From an uncultured Oligoflexia bacterium (lineage in GTDB: Bacteria; Bdellovibrionota; UBA1018; UBA6935), in NCBI GenBank assembly GCA_964013565.1, contig CAXGWU010000001.1, positions 203,788 to 267,787 on the forward strand: DNA of 64,000 nt. The letters are read 5' to 3'. The position numbers were made by a program, and so were the translations under genes. The notes below the pieces were generated by a model, which was given only the letters and a program-made list of their open reading frames with translations, did no database searches and was not told where the DNA came from. How positions within the stretch are numbered: the first letter of the stretch is position 1; each line of letters starts with the position of its first letter. This document shows, piece by piece, positions 58,212-64,000 of the stretch.

Positions 58212-60409
58212 TTTTATTCCTCATTTTCTCAGTCTCCCAAGCTTTTGCACAATCTTATGATAGAGCTGTTTCTTTTGACTGGGGAGAAATTCCAGGAGCA
58301 ATTCGATATGAAGTTGAAATTTCTAAAGGAAGTAATTGTAAGGAGAGTACTTTAATAGAAACGACTCAAAAAGCTGAGTGGGAAAAAGAAATGACTCCTG
58401 GGAAGTACTGTTTGAGAGTTCGAGGAGTTGCTGAGGGAGATCGGGAAGGTCAATGGAGTGATTTTCAGAAAATTACAGTTCATCCTAAACCACCACAAAA
58501 AATCGAATATCATGAAAATAAATTAAAATGGGATTCTGTTTCGTATGCAAATTCTTATCGCGTGGAAATGAAGACAAGTGATGGAAAAGTTTTTTTTCAA
58601 AAAACAGTATCAGAAAATGAAATAAATATTCCTGAACCTGTTTTAAAAAAATGGGGAATGACTCAATTAAAAGCTGAGTTTAAAGTGTTTACTCAAGTAA
58701 AAGATCTTCCAGACTCAAACTCAGGAACTGTTGAGGTGAATGAAGTTCATGAGCGATTTTTACCAAAAAAAATAATAACAGCAAGAAAGTTGAAAAAAGA
58801 AAATAAACCTTTGGTTCCAAGAAAACGAGAGCTTCCTCCTCAGCCAAAACCACACCCTGTTGAAGTCGTTCAATCCATAGAGCGTTATACCTTTCAACAT
58901 GAGATTCCTCTTCCTCCGGTTAAGGAAGAATGGAAAAAAGCACATACTATTGAAGAAAAAGAAGATTTAAGAACTCGAACGATTGCAAGTGCACGAGTAG
59001 AGTTATTAGAGCAAGAAAATTTTTCTCATCCTTCTGATCTTGTTTTTGAATTGGGGACCTTTATTGGACCTTCCTACTATAGAGTTCGTATGAGTGATAA
59101 CGACGGAAAAAGAACCTCAGAAAGTCGGTCCGTTAGGCCTCTCGTTCAGGTGTCTGTAGAGTATAATCGTAAAAGAAAAGTCGGAGGGTATTTAAAGTAT
59201 TCTCAAATGAGTATTACTAATGGTAATCGAAGTGCAGAATTTTCAAACTTAGAGCTTGGGGTGGAGAGAAACTTTAATTTAGATTCTGTGTGGAACAGTG
59301 TGTTTACAACAGGGTTGTCCATTCAACTTCGACAACATCCAACGTTATTTGAAAATGATCCTTCAGAAAATGGAGGCGTTCCAAATCTACTTTTAACAAA
59401 CATAGGACTAGGACTTTATTTAGGACACCGGTGGAACTGGAGTCGTTCTTGGGGAATTCAAACTCGAGGAGAGGTGTCATTTGCGCCCCGTCAAAAAATG
59501 CTAGGAACTCTTCAAAAAAATGGATATCGCGGAGCTCAAGTAGAGACCGGTGTGCATTGGGAAGTCACTAGAGATATTGAGGTCTCTGGAGGTGCTTCTG
59601 TTTTTGCATCAAATACTACAAATGGAGATAGTATTGAGAGCGTATTATTAGTTGGATATGGTGGTTTTGTCAATGCAGGGTATCGAATGAGAACAACAGC
59701 TTCTCGTTCATTGGCGGCAGAAATTGCTTATCAAAAAGATTCAAGACATCGCTTTCATTTAAGTTTTGATATGCCACTTAAAATGAGAAGAGAAACATTG
59801 ATGAATTTTTCAAATGGAAGTGAGCCTCAAGAATTAACTCCTTTTATCGTGGGTGCTGACCTAGATTTTAAGTATCAACTTTTCACAAAAAGTCCGTGGT
59901 ATTTCAGAGCTGGAACAGGTTGGGATTCGTTGATGCTCGTTTTCAATGCCAGAGGAGGATATGAACTTCCTCTTTTTAGAAGAAAAGATTTGAGTATGTA
60001 TGGGGAGTTTGGAGCTAACTATCGTTCTTTTGATTCGAATATAGAGACGGGAGGAAGTGTACATGCTCAAGCGGTAGAAGTTGCACTCTTAGGAGGAGTT
60101 CGAAAAATGTGGACCGATCGAATTCTTTCTGATTTTGAAGCAAAAATTGGAATTCCCGTATATCAAAAAGATGACCAAGAAAACTCTGAAACATTAGGAC
60201 AAAACTATCAATGGTCTCTTGGACTTAATGGAAAATATAAACTTTCATCTCGTTGGAAAGTGAAGCTTGGCTATCAATTCGAAGTCATTCACTATGCGAT
60301 AGGAATTTCAGGACTTACAGGAGAGTCCTCTTCAGGTGATGCTGGGCAAATTAACTGGATTGACGTTTCTGATCACCAATTTAGGTTGGGATTCATTTTT
60401 AGTTTTTAA
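58208..60409 (+). CDS. Secreted protein with two FN3-like repeats of the same family plus a C-terminal outer-membrane beta-barrel domain
   Basis: It has its own signal peptide [14 protein letters not shown]. The repeats are [18 protein letters not shown] and [17 protein letters not shown]. The C-terminus FRLGFIFSF ends in Phe, an OMP signature. The ATGA overlaps the upstream stop. Confidence 0.55.
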   Translation: MILFLIFSVSQAFAQSYDRAVSFDWGEIPGAIRYEVEISKGSNCKESTLIETTQKAEWEKEMTPGKYCLRVRGVAEGDREGQWSDFQKITVHPKPPQKIEYHENKLKWDSVSYANSYRVEMKTSDGKVFFQKTVSENEINIPEPVLKKWGMTQLKAEFKVFTQVKDLPDSNSGTVEVNEVHERFLPKKIITARKLKKENKPLVPRKRELPPQPKPHPVEVVQSIERYTFQHEIPLPPVKEEWKKAHTIEEKEDLRTRTIASARVELLEQENFSHPSDLVFELGTFIGPSYYRVRMSDNDGKRTSESRSVRPLVQVSVEYNRKRKVGGYLKYSQMSITNGNRSAEFSNLELGVERNFNLDSVWNSVFTTGLSIQLRQHPTLFENDPSENGGVPNLLLTNIGLGLYLGHRWNWSRSWGIQTRGEVSFAPRQKMLGTLQKNGYRGAQVETGVHWEVTRDIEVSGGASVFASNTTNGDSIESVLLVGYGGFVNAGYRMRTTASRSLAAEIAYQKDSRHRFHLSFDMPLKMRRETLMNFSNGSEPQELTPFIVGADLDFKYQLFTKSPWYFRAGTGWDSLMLVFNARGGYELPLFRRKDLSMYGEFGANYRSFDSNIETGGSVHAQAVEVALLGGVRKMWTDRILSDFEAKIGIPVYQKDDQENSETLGQNYQWSLGLNGKYKLSSRWKVKLGYQFEVIHYAIGISGLTGESSSGDAGQINWIDVSDHQFRLGFIFSF

Positions 60410-61560
60410 AACATTGTTTTTTTATTCGCAATATTCATTAAAATAGCAACACAAATCATGGAGGTGATCAGAGATGACCCCCCGTAACTCATATACGGAA
60501 GAGGAACTCCAACAACCGGCATAATTCCGATTACCATGCATAAATTAATAAAGGTGTGCCAAAATAAAATAGTGGTAAGACCAAGTGCTAAGACCATCGC
60601 AAATTTATCATTTGCTTGAAATGCGATTGAAATCCCACTTGAAAGAAAACCTAAGTACAAAATGAGAAGTAATACACACCCGATAAATCCATGTTCTTCA
60701 CTAAAAACACTAAAAACAAAATCTGTATGTTGCTCAGGAAGAAAATTAAATCGACTTTGAGTACTGTTTTTATAACCTTTACCCCATAGTTTACCGCTTC
60801 CAACAGCAATCATAGACTGACGAGTGTTCCAGCTCGCTCCTCGGGGATCACTCATTGGATCAATAAAGGAAAGAATTCTTTTTTGCTGATATTCTTTTAA
60901 TCCATATTTGTAAGCTACAGGGAGTGTCACTGCGGCAGCAAGCCCTAAAACAATTAAGGTCTTTGTTTTGATTTTCATAAAAAGCATTAGAATTCCAAAT
61001 GTCAGAACTAAAATCATTCCTGTTCCTAGGTCTGGTTGAAGCATAATTAATCCCGCAGGAACTCCAACAATCAACCCGGGAATGATCAATTCTTTAAATC
61101 CATATCCGCCAAATGTTTTGTCTGTTTCAAAATATTTAGCAAGGGCAATGACTAATGAAATTTTCATAAATTCAGAAGGCTGAATTCCAATGCCCCCTCC
61201 AATTGAAATCCATCGAGTCGCACCTAAGCTTGTTCGTCCAAGAATGAGAACTGCAATGAGAAGAAGGATGTTTCCAAAGTAAATGAGATAAGCAAGACGA
61301 GAAAGTAGAGAAAAATGAAAAAGTAAAATTAATCCTGTTATTACAAGTCCTATTGCAAACCAAATAATTTGGGTTTTATAGAGTCCAGATGCTTTATCTT
61401 CAACTGTGGTAGCACTAATGAGATTCCAAATGCCTACTGAAAATAAAATGAGTTGGATCAAGAATAAATTCCAATTAAATTTCTTAAAATCTTCTTCATA
61501 TCCAGTATGGTGAATGGAAGAAAAGTCTTGAATATCAGATTCCATTGTTGAATAGGTCAT
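60406..61560 (-). CDS. rodA: SEDS family peptidoglycan glycosyltransferase RodA
   Basis: It is a polytopic FtsW/RodA-like protein. It lies immediately downstream of mrdA and mreD. Confidence 0.75.
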   Translation of the reverse strand: MTYSTMESDIQDFSSIHHTGYEEDFKKFNWNLFLIQLILFSVGIWNLISATTVEDKASGLYKTQIIWFAIGLVITGLILLFHFSLLSRLAYLIYFGNILLLIAVLILGRTSLGATRWISIGGGIGIQPSEFMKISLVIALAKYFETDKTFGGYGFKELIIPGLIVGVPAGLIMLQPDLGTGMILVLTFGILMLFMKIKTKTLIVLGLAAAVTLPVAYKYGLKEYQQKRILSFIDPMSDPRGASWNTRQSMIAVGSGKLWGKGYKNSTQSRFNFLPEQHTDFVFSVFSEEHGFIGCVLLLILYLGFLSSGISIAFQANDKFAMVLALGLTTILFWHTFINLCMVIGIMPVVGVPLPYMSYGGSSLITSMICVAILMNIANKKTMF

Positions 61561-63497
61561 TGCTCATCTCCAGACGAAATAGGAATGGGGGCCAAAGGTT
61601 TAATGACTTTGGGTTGTTTTAAAAGAGAAGGGTAGTTTTTCTTCAAGTAAGCATTGATCACCGCTCTTGCAATAGGACCTGCACCTGTACTTCCCCCGCA
61701 TTCATGTTCTGCTACAAGGGCCACTGCGATGACCGGGTCTTTTACAGGGGCAAAGCCGGCAAAAACAGCATGGTGTCTAAACTTATAGGGAAGGTTTTTA
61801 CAGCTGCCATAAAGTTTATCTTTTGAGAGACGAACAACCTGTGCAGTCCCTGTTTTTCCAGCGAAATCAGCGCCTGGAATTTTAAGAAACTTTGCGGTTC
61901 CTTTTTTTCCATTGACGACTTGATAGAGTCCTTCTTTGATGATTTCAAGAGTTTCTTTTTTTACAGGAATTGTTCTTACGAGTTCGGGATCAAAGGTTTT
62001 AAGTTCTTCTCCGTCGGCAGTTTCGATTTTTTTTAAATAAAAAGGTTTATAGAGAAAACCTCCGTTCCCTAATGTAGAATAGACATTTGCCAATTGGAGA
62101 ACTGTTGTGAGGACAAAGCTTTGTCCAATAGCAACAGAGGTGGTTTCTCCAGTAGTCCATATTCTTCCAAAACGCTTTTTCTTCCATTCTTCGGTTGGAA
62201 TCAGTCCAGGAACTTCCCCTGGAAGCATGATTCCTGTTTTCTTTCCTAAACCAAAGTATGATGCCCATTTGTGCAGAAGATTTACGCTTTCGAGTTTTTG
62301 TGCCATTTTGTAAAAGAAAACGTCACATGATTGTTCTAGGGCAGAAACGACATTAAGATTTCCATGACCACTTCTTTTCCAGCAATGTACAGGGAGTCTT
62401 CCCACTCGGTGGACACCCTTACAGTTAAAGTAAGTATTTTTGGTAATCACTCCTTCTTCAAGACCTGCAATTGCAGTGAGTGCCTTAAAAACGGATCCGG
62501 GCATGTAATGGTCTTGTATTGTTTTGTCTCTGAGAGGATGAGCATCATTTGAAAGTAATTTTTTCCAGAGTTTTGAAGGAATACCTCTTGAGAATTCCGT
62601 TGAATCAAAAGAAGGTCGAGAGATCATCGCAAGAATTTCACCGGTTTTTGGATTCATGGCAACAAGACTTCCGACTTTATCTCCAAAAGCTTTTTTGGCT
62701 TCCAGTTGGAGGTCTTGATCGACAGAGAGGATAAGGTTTTTTCCAGGAATAGCTGGTTTTCCTACTGCCTTTCCAAGAACATTTTCCATGGTTTGTTCTT
62801 CTCTGACTTTTCTTCCAAGAGCATCGACTTCTACGAGTTCTTCTCCGTCTTGTCCTCGGAGGGTTTTTTCAAGCTCTTTTTCAATTCCAATTTTTCCGAT
62901 GGAACTTCCTCTGCGATAATCTTTCTTTTTGAGTTTAGGAAGTTCGGTTGAATTAATTTTTCCAATATAACCTAAGAAGTGAGAAGCGGTGTCTCCATAG
63001 ACATTGGTTCTTTTGATCTCCATAGCAACAGAGACACCTGGCATATCAATTTTCCACGATTCAATCTTAGCTACTTCGTCTCGAGAAAGATCAGTTTTAA
63101 TTTTAACGGGAACAAATGCTGCTTGGTATCTTGCTTTTTTAAGTTTCTTTTTAATTTGTTCGATCGGAATATCTACAAGTTTTGAAAGCTTTTCTAAAAT
63201 TTCATCTTTTCTTTTTGATTCTTTTAGGTATTGGGGAGTGATTTCTAAATCAAAAGCAGCTTGATTATCGATCAGCAGTGTTCCATTTCGATCAAAAATC
63301 ATTCCACGTGGAGCTTGAATAGTTACTCTTTTGAGTCGTTGTTCTTCCGACCTTCTTCTGAGTTCGTCTCCGCTAAAAATTTGTAAAAAAACAAGACGAA
63401 AAACAACAATGAGAAGAGCAATAGTGAGACCACCATAAACATATTGAAATCGATCTTGAAATTCCCTGAGTTGTTCTTCTTGTCCTAAAAAAGCCAC
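61557..63497 (-). CDS. mrdA: Penicillin-binding protein 2 (elongasome transpeptidase)
   Basis: It has an N-terminal TM segment. Motifs SVFK ([12 protein letters not shown]) and KTGTA are present. Length 646 aa. Confidence 0.85.
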   Translation of the reverse strand: MAFLGQEEQLREFQDRFQYVYGGLTIALLIVVFRLVFLQIFSGDELRRRSEEQRLKRVTIQAPRGMIFDRNGTLLIDNQAAFDLEITPQYLKESKRKDEILEKLSKLVDIPIEQIKKKLKKARYQAAFVPVKIKTDLSRDEVAKIESWKIDMPGVSVAMEIKRTNVYGDTASHFLGYIGKINSTELPKLKKKDYRRGSSIGKIGIEKELEKTLRGQDGEELVEVDALGRKVREEQTMENVLGKAVGKPAIPGKNLILSVDQDLQLEAKKAFGDKVGSLVAMNPKTGEILAMISRPSFDSTEFSRGIPSKLWKKLLSNDAHPLRDKTIQDHYMPGSVFKALTAIAGLEEGVITKNTYFNCKGVHRVGRLPVHCWKRSGHGNLNVVSALEQSCDVFFYKMAQKLESVNLLHKWASYFGLGKKTGIMLPGEVPGLIPTEEWKKKRFGRIWTTGETTSVAIGQSFVLTTVLQLANVYSTLGNGGFLYKPFYLKKIETADGEELKTFDPELVRTIPVKKETLEIIKEGLYQVVNGKKGTAKFLKIPGADFAGKTGTAQVVRLSKDKLYGSCKNLPYKFRHHAVFAGFAPVKDPVIAVALVAEHECGGSTGAGPIARAVINAYLKKNYPSLLKQPKVIKPLAPIPISSGDEQ

Positions 63498-63976
63498 TAG
63501 AATCCCTCCTCATCAAGACGGAGCTCATCCTCGAGAGCTTGTCGGGATCTAGGGTCTTTATATGTTTTCCAGTCAAACTTTTCTAAAAGGGGGAAGATCC
63601 AATAGGCAAGGCAGACCTGGATAATTCCTTGAGGGATGCTCCAGGTCAGCATATTTTTCCAGTGGTAAGTTGCAGAATTCAGAAGTCCAAGTACTGTTAA
63701 TTGGCTAATTTTAAAAAATAATGTCAGAAAAAAAATATAGGTAAATAAAGCCTTTTGATTTGGAATGAGTAACACTCGATCAATTAATCGGGTCATTAAA
63801 AAAACAGCCATATAGGATGTTAAGAAAAGCCCTTGGGGTGCACCACTGTGAATCTCTACGAGTCTCCCTACAAATAAAGTGAGGATTCCTCCTTCTAACC
63901 AGTTTCGGTGAAGGGCAAACCAGATCACTGCAAGTAGATTAATTTCTGGTTTGAGGTGACCAAAAGACGAATTCAT
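63497..63976 (-). CDS. mreD: Rod shape-determining protein MreD
   Basis: It is a small polytopic membrane protein upstream of mrdA. mreC probably begins at the window edge. Confidence 0.6.
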   Translation of the reverse strand: MNSSFGHLKPEINLLAVIWFALHRNWLEGGILTLFVGRLVEIHSGAPQGLFLTSYMAVFLMTRLIDRVLLIPNQKALFTYIFFLTLFFKISQLTVLGLLNSATYHWKNMLTWSIPQGIIQVCLAYWIFPLLEKFDWKTYKDPRSRQALEDELRLDEEGF

Positions 63977-64000
63977 AAAAAGCGAGCCTTGAATGGTTGT

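Noticed and set aside
58200-58215. Possible frameshift splitting one FecR-repeat-OMP gene into two ORFs
   Set aside because: The downstream ORF starts with its own canonical signal peptide ([14 protein letters not shown]) at an ATG overlapping the stop (ATGA). This is consistent with two genuine coupled genes.
1-64000. CRISPR arrays, tRNA/rRNA genes, IS elements, integrases and prophage genes
   Set aside because: I found no regularly spaced direct repeats, no tRNA T-loop/acceptor signatures, and no transposase/integrase/recombinase-like ORFs.

Overview
The window is a 64 kb low-GC chromosomal segment (about 37-40% GC by eye) with no rRNA, tRNA or CRISPR array and no transposase or integrase genes. 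It is densely coding. Taxonomic guess (inference only): Leptospira-like spirochaete, based on spirochaete-type lipoboxes (LSSCG, ISACG, LLSCEG), a FecR/LipL45-like protein, an LRR lipoprotein, class III adenylate cyclases and two TIGR02147-like proteins. A Bdellovibrionota-type genome cannot be excluded.

Recognisable housekeeping genes:
- comEC
- thrS-dgt operon
- rimI
- a tightly packed mixed operon queC-orf-hisC-cmk-heptosyltransferase-heptose kinase
- an overlapping minus-strand operon mutL-miaA-2-hydroxyacid dehydrogenase-PSRP-ilvE-trmH-like
- pgi plus two acyl-CoA dehydrogenases
- rlmN
- mreD-mrdA-rodA at the right edge

Accessory or unusual regions:
1. 3.8-10 kb: a duplicated two-gene module of a TIGR02147-like putative HTH protein plus a secreted HExxH (peptidase MA-like) protein, next to a metzincin lipoprotein.
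2. 33-41 kb: a very AT-rich block of four large secreted, Lys/Glu-rich hypothetical proteins.
3. 44.5-47.3 kb: a translationally coupled pair of unknown proteins, the first with a glycoside-hydrolase-like TIM-barrel N-terminus.
4. 47.6-51.1 kb: a cluster of lipoprotein and outer-membrane-like proteins.
5. 55.7-60.4 kb: an operon of a FecR-domain protein with about six tandem FN3-like repeats followed by a protein with two more repeats and a C-terminal outer-membrane beta-barrel. It lies divergent to a HAMP adenylate cyclase and next to an LRR lipoprotein.
6. Non-coding candidates: a structured, GC-richer 370-nt thrS leader with a terminator-like hairpin, a hairpin-rich leader upstream of queC, and a 740-bp convergent intergenic gap that may hold an sRNA or a small protein gene.

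I found no canonical defence system (no CRISPR, restriction-modification, retron, CBASS, TIR/SIR2 or toxin-antitoxin hallmarks).
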